24,281 bases of DNA from the IMG/VR virus record IMGVR_UViG_2675903394_000002, positions 1-24,281 of that record, one strand, 5' to 3'. Numbering within the stretch: position 1 is the stretch's first letter; each line of letters starts with the position of its first letter. Source of the stretch: a virus. Lineage: Duplodnaviria > Heunggongvirae > Uroviricota > Caudoviricetes. The notes under the pieces are model-generated. The model ran no database searches. It saw nothing but the letters and a program-made list of their open reading frames with translations, and had not been told where the DNA came from. A program made the position numbers and the translations under genes. Below are positions 1-10,984 of the stretch, one piece after another.

Positions 1-3371
<3,371 letters not shown>

Positions 3372-3397
<26 letters not shown>

Positions 3398-3917
3398 TCA
3401 GCAACCCCGGTATCAGTTCATCCAGCGCGGCTGCTTTGTTCATGGCTTTGATGATATCCCGTTTCAGGAAATCAACATGTCGGTTTTCCAGTTCCGGAAA
3501 ACGCCGCTGCACCGACAGGGGGATCCCGTCGAGAATACTGGCAATTTCACCTGCGATCCGCGACAGCACGAAAGTACAGAATGCGGTTTCCACCACTTCA
3601 GCGGAGTCTCTGGCATTTTTCAGCTCCTGTGCATCGGCCTGCGCACGCGTAAGTCGATGGCGTTCGTACTCAATAGTCCCTGGCTGGAGATCTGTCTCGC
3701 TGGCCTGCCGCAGTTCTTCAACCTCCCGGCGCAGCTTTTCGTTCTCAATTTCAGCATCCCTTTCGGCATACCATTTTATGACGGCGGCAGAGTCATAAAG
3801 CACCTCATTGCCCTTGCCACCGCCTCGCAGAACGGGCATTCCCTGTTCCTGCCAGTTCTGAATGGTACGGATACTCGCACCGAAAATGTCAGCCAGCTGC
3901 TTTTTATTGACTTCCAT
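3372..3917 (-). CDS. Nu1: Terminase small subunit gpNu1 (181 aa)
   Basis: The 181-aa ORF MEVNKKQLADIFGASIRTIQNWQEQGMPVLRGGGKGNEVLYDSAAV... matches lambda Nu1 and lies immediately next to cos. Confidence 0.95.
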
Positions 3918-4180
3918 TGTTCATTCCACGGACAAAAACAGAGAAAGGAAACGACAGAGGCCAAAAAGCTCGCTTTCAGCACCTGTCGTTTCCTTTCTTT
4001 TCAGGGGGTATTTTAAATAAAAACATTAAGTTACGACGAAGAAGAACGGAAACGCCTTAAACCGGAAAATTTTCATAAATAGCGAAAACTCGCGAGGTCG
4101 CCGCCCCGTAGCCTGCCGGATCGCTGGAAAGGACCCAGCTACTAGCGAATGCCAGTAGCCAAGGTGGGCTGCGGGCTTAA
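3918..4180 (-). other. cos site (cosB, cosN, cosQ); the cosN 12-nt cohesive-end sequence is at 4095-4106
   Basis: The reverse complement of 3900-4106 reads GGGCGGCGACCTCGCGAGTTTTCGCTATTTATGAAAATTTTCCGGTTTAAGGCG..., the lambda left end up to the Nu1 start. The sequence beyond 4106 matches the lambda right end (cosQ side). Confidence 0.85.
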
Positions 4181-4181
4181 T

Positions 4182-4427
4182 TTAAAGCGGTGTGATTTGC
4201 AACCATTCAGACGCACTAATCTCAAAGCGACGTCCGTTAGACAACTCGATAATCACGGGTAATTCACCTAGCTCCAGCCAGGCGTTTTTTTCCGTTGGAA
4301 AACTAACAGTAGAGATCTGGTAATCCAATACGCTTTCAGCCAGTCGGCAACTTTTAAACACATCACCAAGGGCGGACGCGAAGAATACATTTAGCTCATA
4401 TTCAATCTGCTCTTTAGCAGCTGTCAT
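4182..4427 (-). CDS. Hypothetical protein (81 aa) between cos and the lysis genes
   Basis: ORF in the ORF track; occupies the lambda bor/right-end accessory position. Weak ribosome-binding site; no family recognised. Confidence 0.4.
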   Translation of the reverse strand: MTAAKEQIEYELNVFFASALGDVFKSCRLAESVLDYQISTVSFPTEKNAWLELGELPVIIELSNGRRFEISASEWLQITPL

Positions 4428-4559
4428 GTTTCTGTCTCATCAACTTGAATAGGGTAATCAGGAATGGATGCGAACTACAGGTCGTCTGCACCATCTTTCA
4501 GATTAAAGCAGCGCCACATTTCGTCAGGGTCAGTATTAGCCGACATCTCGTGCACCTGA

Positions 4560-4670
4560 TTAATGTTTGGCGATATTACAACAGGCGTTCAATGAATGCA
4601 TATTGTAAGCCTCTCGCTCAGGAGAACAGAATCGTTCCATTATTGAATTAAATTTCTGCGACTCTTTCAT
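4560..4670 (-). CDS. Small hypothetical protein (36 aa, MKESQKFNSIMERFCSPEREAYNMHSLNACCNIAKH)
   Basis: Strong ribosome-binding site AGGAGG five nt upstream of the ATG at 4670. Part of the 103-aa ORF-track entry 4560-4871; only the distal 36 codons have a good start context. Confidence 0.3.
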   Translation of the reverse strand: MKESQKFNSIMERFCSPEREAYNMHSLNACCNIAKH

Positions 4671-4692
4671 CACAACCTCCTGACAAATATAC

Positions 4693-4712
4693 CGTGCGAC
4701 CGTGGTCGCACG
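4693..4712 (-). terminator. Perfect 8-bp stem-loop (cgtgcgac-cgtg-gtcgcacg), possible terminator or attenuator downstream of the Rha-like gene
   Basis: Perfect inverted repeat seen directly. On the minus strand it is followed by GUAUAUUUGU (moderately U-rich). Confidence 0.3.
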
Positions 4713-4912
4713 CTCCTGAATACATGCCCTGTTTCTTCCACCCTCGCACAGGACTGGCGAGCATGAGGGACAAACCCGCGAATCATTAGCGCGGTAAAAA
4801 CCCGGTGTGCATCGTTTTTGATTATTTCCGCACACTCGCGCAGAAGGAATTCCCCGTCGGGCTACGGTCATGGTTAATGCGGGAATACAGCGACGATGCA
4901 GCGCAAGATGTG

Positions 4913-5461
4913 TCAGGCCTGAATACCTTTATCGAATCCCGGTAATAAAAACTGTCCCTGTCTCTCCAGACGTTCCAGCTTTGCAAGCAATTGAGGTTTT
5001 TTCGTTCTTCCCCAGCGATTGAGCAGACGGCCTGACATGCTGGCGACATCCTTCTCTTTCATGTACTCCAGCATTACGGCGTTACGTTCTGCTTCATAAC
5101 TTTCGCTGAACTTACGGAGTTCTGCTGACATCCAGTTAAACGCATTGATATAGGCTTCTTTAACAGCATCGGCTTTTGCCCCGTTAAATCCCATCACCAG
5201 CATAACGAAGCCGCTAAAATCCATGCGGTAGTAAATCTGCTTCTTATCGAAAATCCCTAAGTCATTGATTTTCTCGACGGCCCAAAAATGGGTTGTCGAG
5301 AATTCCTCAGAACATCGCAAACATTTAATAGCCCTAATCACATGCTGATGGCGTTTACCAAATGCCCTGGCAATCTGGAAGGTGTCAGTTACCGGTTGAC
5401 CTTCTGCTGCGGTAACTAACTGGCGAAAATCGAAGTCATGATTCGCAATTAATTCATTCAT
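4913..5461 (-). CDS. Rha-family phage regulatory protein (about 182 aa from the internal start MNELIANHDFDF...)
   Basis: Contains the segment GKRHQHVIRAIKCL and the motif FVMLVMGFNGAKADAVKEAYINAFNWM, typical of Rha proteins (Rha consensus-like FxGxKAxxxKxxYIxxFNxM). The ORF track gives 4913-5530; I chose the start at 5461. Confidence 0.7.
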   Translation of the reverse strand: MNELIANHDFDFRQLVTAAEGQPVTDTFQIARAFGKRHQHVIRAIKCLRCSEEFSTTHFWAVEKINDLGIFDKKQIYYRMDFSGFVMLVMGFNGAKADAVKEAYINAFNWMSAELRKFSESYEAERNAVMLEYMKEKDVASMSGRLLNRWGRTKKPQLLAKLERLERQGQFLLPGFDKGIQA

Positions 5462-5679
5462 GGCGTAGCCTGCTTCTTTGAAATGAACCTTTGCCGCACA
5501 GGAAACCAGCCCACCGAGGCTCGCCAGCACTAACTGGTATCCTCAAAGGCCCATTCCAAAGGGTCAGGTTCGGTGGTTATTGTGCGCTGCGGTGCGCGGT
5601 GAAATATCTGTACAAAAACGCCCCGCTTCTGCGAGGCATTTTCCTGAAAGTCACTTGTTAAATTTCAGCGAAGTTAAAA

Positions 5680-6147
5680 TTATTTTAAGCACTGCATCCT
5701 GATGTATTCCTGCAACGTCCTTAATGCGGCTTGATCACTGATGATTCCATCTCTGATACCGAGAACGTTTCGTCCAGCAACTGGAGAGAGTTCGACGGTG
5801 GCATCATTGCCCATGCCGGAGGCGCTGGAGGTTTTGGCTGAGGATGGCACAGGACATTTGCCTTTGACGAGCACCCGACCACCATTATTAAGCTTGCGCC
5901 GAAGAGCATCATTTTCAGCTTTCGCATCAGCTAACTCCTTCGTGTATTTAGCATCGAGTGCAGCAACATCACGCTGACGCACCTGCATGTCAGTAATTGT
6001 CGCGTTCGCCAGTTTCAGTTCTCTGGCATTTTTGTCGCGCTGCTCTTTGTAGGAGATGGCGTTATCACGGTAATGATTAACAGCCAACGACAGGCAGACG
6101 ATGATGCAGATAACCAGTGTGGAGATAATCGTGGTAACTCTGCTCAT
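5680..6147 (-). CDS. Rz: Spanin inner-membrane subunit (i-spanin) Rz
   Basis: [55 protein letters not shown]... closely resembles lambda Rz: N-terminal TM helix plus coiled-coil. The start overlaps the endolysin stop (ATGA). Confidence 0.9.
   Translation of the reverse strand: MSRVTTIISTLVICIIVCLSLAVNHYRDNAISYKEQRDKNARELKLANATITDMQVRQRDVAALDAKYTKELADAKAENDALRRKLNNGGRVLVKGKCPVPSSAKTSSASGMGNDATVELSPVAGRNVLGIRDGIISDQAALRTLQEYIRMQCLK
5721..5927 (-). CDS. Rz1: Spanin outer-membrane lipoprotein subunit (o-spanin) Rz1, embedded in Rz in the +1 frame
   Basis: [21 protein letters not shown]...[16 protein letters not shown]: lipobox (VVGC) followed by a proline-rich segment, lying entirely inside Rz, as for lambda Rz1. 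Confidence 0.8.
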   Translation of the reverse strand: MRKLKMMLFGASLIMVVGCSSKANVLCHPQPKPPAPPAWAMMPPSNSLQLLDETFSVSEMESSVIKPH

Positions 6148-6641
6148 TGTTGCCCCCATAAACAGACTTCACGCTCAATCTCACGGCGAGTCATCAGCCC
6201 TTTCCATTGCTTACCGCCAGCGTATGTCCAGCGCCGTAGCTGATCACATGCGCCTTTGATATCGCCCTGGTTTATTTTGCGAAGAAGCGTCGATGTTCTG
6301 AAATTGCCAGCGCCCACGTTGTAAACGAACGAGTAAAGAGCGCCGCGCGTTGTTTCCGGTATATCGACTTTGATGTACGGGTTAATTTGTCTGGCGACCG
6401 TGGCAAGGTCTTTATTCAGGAGGGCTTTGCATTCTGCTTCGGTATACGTTTTACCTGGTATGATGTCTTTTCCGGTGTGTCCGTGACATACAGTCCATAC
6501 ACCAACAATATCTTTGTATGGTATGTAGCTGACACCTTCCAGACCATCGTTACCACTTGGACCAGTGATGAGCACAGACGCTATGGCAACAGCCCCACCA
6601 CCAATAGCAGCAGCAATAGCCTTGCGTAATGATGGCGACAT
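6144..6641 (-). CDS. R: SAR endolysin (lysozyme, phage 21 R-type, 165 aa)
   Basis: N-terminal Gly/Ala-rich signal-anchor-release helix ([18 protein letters not shown]) followed by a T4-lysozyme-like domain; the sequence closely resembles phage 21 R as I recall it. Confidence 0.9.
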   Translation of the reverse strand: MSPSLRKAIAAAIGGGAVAIASVLITGPSGNDGLEGVSYIPYKDIVGVWTVCHGHTGKDIIPGKTYTEAECKALLNKDLATVARQINPYIKVDIPETTRGALYSFVYNVGAGNFRTSTLLRKINQGDIKGACDQLRRWTYAGGKQWKGLMTRREIEREVCLWGQQ

Positions 6642-6856
6642 TATTCACCTCTCGCAGCCTTACGCTTATCTTCTTTAATCTTGAAATAAAGGTTTGTCAG
6701 ATACGTCAGCAAGCCAAATACCAGACTACCCAGCACACCTATTGCCGCCCACTGTGAGGGCGTGACTTTATCGAGCAACTGTAAAAACCAGTACCCGGCA
6801 CTACCTGCTGAGGTGCCATAGGCGACACCCGTTGTTAACTTATCCATGGATTTCAT
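6641..6856 (-). CDS. S: Pinholin, phage 21 S-type (71 aa) with dual-start motif MKSM
   Basis: [71 protein letters not shown]: two TM helices, resembles S21. Ribosome-binding site GAGGTGGAG upstream of the start at 6856. The ORF track extends to 6910. Confidence 0.85.
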
Positions 6857-7123
6857 AACTCCACCTCGCAGATGCGGGTGCAAATTGAGAGAATAAAAAA
6901 TCCCCGACAATTCCAGATGTCAGCGGCCTTAAATATAAAAACAGGCAAATGCCGAGGCCCGCTAATCGTTGCCACTATGAGCGCTGCGACGCCATTTCAT
7001 CCAGACAAGCTATCAGATACGGAAGCCGTGCTGCCGCTTTTACGGCATTGTATTCACTATACTTATCTATTCTGATATCGTTAAATCAACAGAAATAACC
7101 AATATCAGAAGGAACGCATTAAT

Positions 7124-7672
7124 ATGGCGAACAATCTTTTTTATACACTTGACAGGCAGCGCACACTGAAGTCAGGCATGAAAATTGAATTAGCAGAACC
7201 GTACTGCCCAATCGTTCCACTTCAGGCTCATACGAGCTCATTGTTTTCCGACGGTGTATCCCGGCATGCAAATAATCTTTTTTTCAACTACCACATAAAC
7301 CTCGTCAGCTCAGACGAACGATTTGGAGCAATAATAGAAATACTACTGGAAGAACGAAGGAAATCACACTTCCCTGAAAAACCATCACGCTTCCAATCAA
7401 TTTTTGCATGTGAGTCTGTAAAAGAAACCGCCTGGTTCAGAGGCTTTTCAAAATCCCCACTTGACACCCCAATATTTCAAGTCAGCTCATCGTCGAACTA
7501 TCATAGAGGTGATATGAATTTGTTAAATCTGAACTGCTCCCCAGTAGAAGTATCTCAGAGGCTGGATCTTTACTGGAAGGGTGAAACAACACAGATTTAC
7601 GAAGGGTATCAACCATTCTGGGAAGTGCTCATTCCATTGCCAGTTATTATTGGTGAAAGAATTATCGAATAA
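7124..7672 (+). CDS. Hypothetical soluble protein (182 aa), first gene of the inverted insertion between S and Q
   Basis: ORF on the strand opposite to the late operon in an AT-rich insert. No TM segments and no family recognised. Confidence 0.6.
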   Translation: MANNLFYTLDRQRTLKSGMKIELAEPYCPIVPLQAHTSSLFSDGVSRHANNLFFNYHINLVSSDERFGAIIEILLEERRKSHFPEKPSRFQSIFACESVKETAWFRGFSKSPLDTPIFQVSSSSNYHRGDMNLLNLNCSPVEVSQRLDLYWKGETTQIYEGYQPFWEVLIPLPVIIGERIIE

Positions 7673-7862
7673 TGGCTCTGACACCAGAATCATTTCCATA
7701 GCCGAACTGACGCTGACAGATTTTTAATTCGCTTATGGCTTTCTCCATTGCTAATAGCGCGTCTTCAGTACGGTAGCAATCAACCTCAAGAACAAACGTT
7801 TTGAGATTGCTACTATCATTCCCGGCGAAAAGCGCATAGCTGGGTTGACCAGTCTGATTCAT
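7662..7862 (-). CDS. Possible small antisense ORF (66 aa) whose start abuts a G9 tract
   Basis: ORF-track entry; the start ATG at 7862 is immediately preceded on the minus strand by GAGG plus a run of G. It converges on and overlaps the 3' end of the 7124-7672 gene by 11 nt. Could be spurious. Confidence 0.25.
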   Translation of the reverse strand: MNQTGQPSYALFAGNDSSNLKTFVLEVDCYRTEDALLAMEKAISELKICQRQFGYGNDSGVRAIIR

Positions 7863-8014
7863 CCCCCCCCCTCAAACGACGAAACCCGCTCGACGGCGGG
7901 TTTAAGCCACGTGACAAAGTAACCACTCTTAACACGATACAATAGTTTTTGCGTACGCGTTAGCATTTTTGTTAAAGTATAAAAATGTAATTAAACCAGT
8001 ATGTCATCACTACA

Positions 8015-8899
8015 ATGAAATGCATCCGAAAACATCCAGCAATAGCTTATACAGTAATTATTTTAGTTTTTGCCTTAATATACAATTTCACTTGGAGCGT
8101 CAATCCAGATTCTTTCATTAAAAACAACGTTCTCAACTCTACACCTGTATATGATGCCGTTAATTTAGCATATGCGAACAATGAGGTAAAAAAAGAAGCT
8201 CCTGTCAGTGTTTCGAGGGAAGTATTTGCAGAGCAAATTTTAACACTTACAAATCAATTCAATAAGATAATAATTGAAAACTTAGAACTTGAAAAAACAT
8301 TATCTCAGCAGCAAGAAAAATTAAAACAAATTAGTGAAAGACAATCAATAAAGTGGGGCGAAAACACCAAAAAATACATAGCAGACAGTTTGAAAGATTT
8401 ACACAAAACGCTTATCACTAAAAATAGTGAACGTACTGCCATAGCATCTTTAAAAAACAAAACAAATGAAAGTCAGATTAACACTATGCTGGCCGACAAA
8501 GATGAAGAAATAGCCAAAATAAACCTTGAAATAGCGTATAAAGAGTATGATGCTAATGTCTATATCTTATCTCATGTCGGCGACTTTAACGATCCAATAA
8601 TCGTTAATGAGCTTGACGCAATCAATAAAGAAATTGAGAAAACAAGAACAAAAATAATAAACAACAAAAAGAAAATAATGGAGATAAGGAATAAATCTCA
8701 ATCTATGCTGGAGAAACTCAAAAAAGATGACCTTAACTTTTTGGATTTCTTATTTTATAGCATAGGAATATCTACAACGACCACCTTTGGTGATTTGTTA
8801 GCAAATTCAAGACTTATCAGACTGATAGTTTGCGTGCAACTTTTACTATCAATTATAGTTTTAGCTAACGTAACTCAAAGATTTTTATCAAAAAAATAA
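8015..8899 (+). CDS. Hypothetical membrane protein (294 aa): N-terminal TM helix, Lys/Glu/Asn-rich coiled-coil domain, C-terminal potassium-channel-like pore helix/filter/TM module
   Basis: Hydrophobic segment AIAYTVIILVFALIYNFTW at about aa 9-27; heptad-like K/E/N/I-rich middle; C-terminal NFLDFLFYSIGISTTTTFGDLL (nt 8726-8794) followed by TM helix LIRLIVCVQLLLSIIVLANV. Very AT-rich codon usage. Confidence 0.7.
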   Translation: MKCIRKHPAIAYTVIILVFALIYNFTWSVNPDSFIKNNVLNSTPVYDAVNLAYANNEVKKEAPVSVSREVFAEQILTLTNQFNKIIIENLELEKTLSQQQEKLKQISERQSIKWGENTKKYIADSLKDLHKTLITKNSERTAIASLKNKTNESQINTMLADKDEEIAKINLEIAYKEYDANVYILSHVGDFNDPIIVNELDAINKEIEKTRTKIINNKKKIMEIRNKSQSMLEKLKKDDLNFLDFLFYSIGISTTTTFGDLLANSRLIRLIVCVQLLLSIIVLANVTQRFLSKK

Positions 8900-8906
8900 A
8901 AAACAA

Positions 8907-8926
8907 AGCCCTCAAAAATGAGGGCT
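8907..8926 (-). terminator. Rho-independent terminator hairpin (agccctca-aaaa-tgagggct), strongest on the minus strand just downstream of Q; also positioned to terminate the plus-strand 8015-8899 gene
   Basis: Perfect 8-bp stem with 4-nt loop. On the minus strand it is followed by UUGUUUUUUAUUUUUUU; on the plus strand by AAUUUAAA. Confidence 0.6.
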
Positions 8927-8936
8927 AATTTAAACC

Positions 8937-9281
8937 TTAAGATAAGAACGATAAAATCCCGTCCAAAAATCCTAGTGCAGTTTGCAATTCCTTTCTAATC
9001 GTGCCATCTGAACACCTTCTCTTCTTGGCAATAGTGCGTAATGAGATACCAATAACAAAGTGGGCAATTAGTAGCTCATATTCTTCTGGCTTATATTTAC
9101 GCAACCTCGCCACACATCCATCAATCATAAGACCTTCATCATCATCACACTGCATCCGGGACTTTTTGCCATGAGGTAAAAGCCCCTTGAAGCCTGCTGC
9201 TATCGGCTGCCAATCCACACTACTGTTATCTGCTGCAGCCCATGCTCCCCAGCGGTCCAAAACTTCATACATGTCACGCAT
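8937..9281 (-). CDS. Q: Late-gene antitermination protein Q (DLP12 QuuD-like, about 114 aa)
   Basis: MRDMYEVLDRWGAWAAADNSSVDWQPIAAGFKGLLPHGKKSRMQCDDDEG... resembles DLP12 QuuD as I recall it. Ribosome-binding site GGAGAAAG upstream of the ATG at 9281. The ORF track extends to 9335. Confidence 0.8.
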   Translation of the reverse strand: MRDMYEVLDRWGAWAAADNSSVDWQPIAAGFKGLLPHGKKSRMQCDDDEGLMIDGCVARLRKYKPEEYELLIAHFVIGISLRTIAKKRRCSDGTIRKELQTALGFLDGILSFLS

Positions 9282-9365
9282 CAACTTTCTCCACAAAATC
9301 AGGCCAGCACGCCAATTACAAGCAAAAATCAACAAAACAGTATTAGTTGATTGTTATCTCTGACT

Positions 9366-9506
9366 TCATACTCCTGCTCCTGTCAGGGTTTTGGCGTAAT
9401 TCTTCAGTATTCGGTAATCGGTCAAAACAGAACCGGGGAAACGATATAAGCGCAGACGCCCCCAGCGGTGGCGAAGAAGTTCTGCTATATTAAACTCAAA
9501 CATCAT
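9366..9506 (-). CDS. ylcG: Small nin-region protein YlcG-like (46 aa)
   Basis: Manual translation gives [46 protein letters not shown]. The start overlaps the rusA stop. Below the ORF-track size cutoff. Confidence 0.65.
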   Translation of the reverse strand: MMFEFNIAELLRHRWGRLRLYRFPGSVLTDYRILKNYAKTLTGAGV

Positions 9507-9865
9507 TCATTCCCCATTTCGGTGATGGTCAGTTCCAGCCTCCCACCTTTGGTAACAGGCATCTTCACAACGCGGTAATCAACGACCTGAGCATCATCCA
9601 GCCAGAAACCTGCTTTAGTGAGTGCGTCAAAAGCGGCTTTTTGCAGATTATCCAGGTCACGGCGACGGCGATCCGGCATGTGGCACTCAATGCGGATTTT
9701 CACAGGCATAGCCAGGCCGATATCCAGCATTGCGCTTTTAATGATTCGGGCGACGTTATCGCGGTATGCCTGCCCTTCTGCACTGACGTGCGTGCGCCCG
9801 CGATTATGGCGGTAATAGCGATTATTGCTCGGAGGCCAGGGTAATGTGATACTGTAGGTATTCAC
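9503..9865 (-). CDS. rusA: Holliday junction resolvase RusA (120 aa)
   Basis: [43 protein letters not shown]... is near-identical to DLP12 RusA as I recall it. Confidence 0.9.
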   Translation of the reverse strand: MNTYSITLPWPPSNNRYYRHNRGRTHVSAEGQAYRDNVARIIKSAMLDIGLAMPVKIRIECHMPDRRRRDLDNLQKAAFDALTKAGFWLDDAQVVDYRVVKMPVTKGGRLELTITEMGNE

Positions 9866-10152
9866 GCCTTAATAACCCCCTCTTTCAGCCAGATAACCTG
9901 TGTTCTCGCCATACCTTCCAGCGCGCATTCTTTTGCATATGCAGCATCGACAAAATGTGTGCGGCGGTCGATTTCGTCGTGGCAGGCAGAACATGCAATG
10001 GTGGCAATCAGGTCTGGCGGTTTGATACCGGTACCGCACAATCCAGCCAGCCGGATATGTGCCAGTACAGACGTTTCAGAATTGCCATTACATACGCCAG
10101 GGATTCTTACCTGGCATTCCCGACCACGCGCTGCTTTTCTCAAATCAGCCAT
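9862..10152 (-). CDS. ybcO: YbcO-like nin-region protein (96 aa, Cys-rich putative nuclease)
   Basis: [42 protein letters not shown]... matches DLP12 YbcO. The ORF track extends to 10191. Confidence 0.85.
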   Translation of the reverse strand: MADLRKAARGRECQVRIPGVCNGNSETSVLAHIRLAGLCGTGIKPPDLIATIACSACHDEIDRRTHFVDAAYAKECALEGMARTQVIWLKEGVIKA

Positions 10153-10315
10153 GATTCCTCCTTGCTGCCAGTCGCAACCATTTTTTATCAACCAGGCTAG
10201 CGGTATATCCGAGCAGTGTTGGTATTTCGGATGGCTTCAGCTCAGGCTTACGCTTACGACGATTTGATACTCTGTAGATGTGTCCGTTCATGACACGAAT
10301 AAGCGGTGTAGCCAT
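10145..10315 (-). CDS. ninE: NinE (56 aa)
   Basis: Codon-by-codon manual translation gives [56 protein letters not shown], ending at a TGA at 10147-10145. The start overlaps the ybcN stop (TAATG). Confidence 0.75.
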   Translation of the reverse strand: MATPLIRVMNGHIYRVSNRRKRKPELKPSEIPTLLGYTASLVDKKWLRLAARRNHG

Positions 10316-10770
10316 TACGCCTCCTGCTTGTCGCGGAGCAGCTGGAACTCGCAGCTCTGCGGAATAGTCAGGTGGCAGCCAATATTCACCGCCCAGGCTT
10401 CAACCTTACACAGGAAGACATACATCTCTCCGGTATCAAGATCGGAGGTATGGCGTAACGACTGGATAGTGGTGATATCACCGGTTACGACATCAACCAG
10501 GTCTTTGGTTTCATAACCGAGATATGTGTGTTTGAGAGCATCTTTTACCCAAGCTGGAGTGGCGAACGTTTTACCCCTGCTGATGAGGTATTCACTGATT
10601 TCGCTGTACCACATGTGGCTGAGTGCATTCTGGGAAAGACTGCGTTTCTCACGCCACGGTTTAAGCACCATGCGAAAGCATTTGCCCTCCTCCAGATAAG
10701 GCTGGATCTGCCGACCGATAGCGGTGAAGTTGCCGCGATGTAATTTGATGCCGTCTTGTGAGAGGTTCAC
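10315..10770 (-). CDS. ybcN: YbcN-like nin-region protein (151 aa)
   Basis: The 151-aa ORF has the size and position of DLP12 ybcN. Ribosome-binding site GGAGGTG six nt upstream of the ATG. Confidence 0.8.
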
Positions 10771-10891
10771 GCTTCACCTCCGCAGAGGTCAAACGCTAGA
10801 TGCAAAGAATTGCAGGTGCATTTCTGCATCTGTGAAGGGAGAAGAGAGTTTGGATTGTATGTGCGCATAAACGTCCCCGTTTAGCGCAGAA

Positions 10892-10920
10892 GTCACCGGA
10901 GTTGTTCAGGCTCCGGTGAC
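10892..10920 (-). terminator. Perfect 10-bp inverted repeat (gtcaccggag - 9 nt - ctccggtgac) between ybcM and ybcN; stem-loop, possible terminator or attenuator
   Basis: Seen directly. Neither strand has a strong U tract after it, so its function is uncertain. Confidence 0.35.
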
Positions 10921-10984
10921 ATAATTATGCCGTGTTGATTTCCCAAAATCAAAATCGATAGAATTGCTCCTTCTTAAAACACTT

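Noticed and set aside
4445-4651. Plus-strand 68-aa ORF between cos and the Rha-like gene
   Set aside because: No ribosome-binding site and a low-complexity product. It overlaps the better-supported minus-strand 36-aa ORF with its AGGAGG site.
6872-7075. Plus-strand 67-aa ORF upstream of the first cargo gene
   Set aside because: It overlaps the holin start region and has no convincing ribosome-binding site; the interval is more likely a regulatory region. Its role as a possible late-promoter region is discussed in the findings instead.
6911-8014. Possibility of tRNA genes in the Q-S interval, as found in some Stx phages
   Set aside because: I could not find any stretch with the conserved tRNA features (GTTC T-loop box with matching acceptor-stem complementarity). 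Not confirmed with a tRNA-scanning tool.
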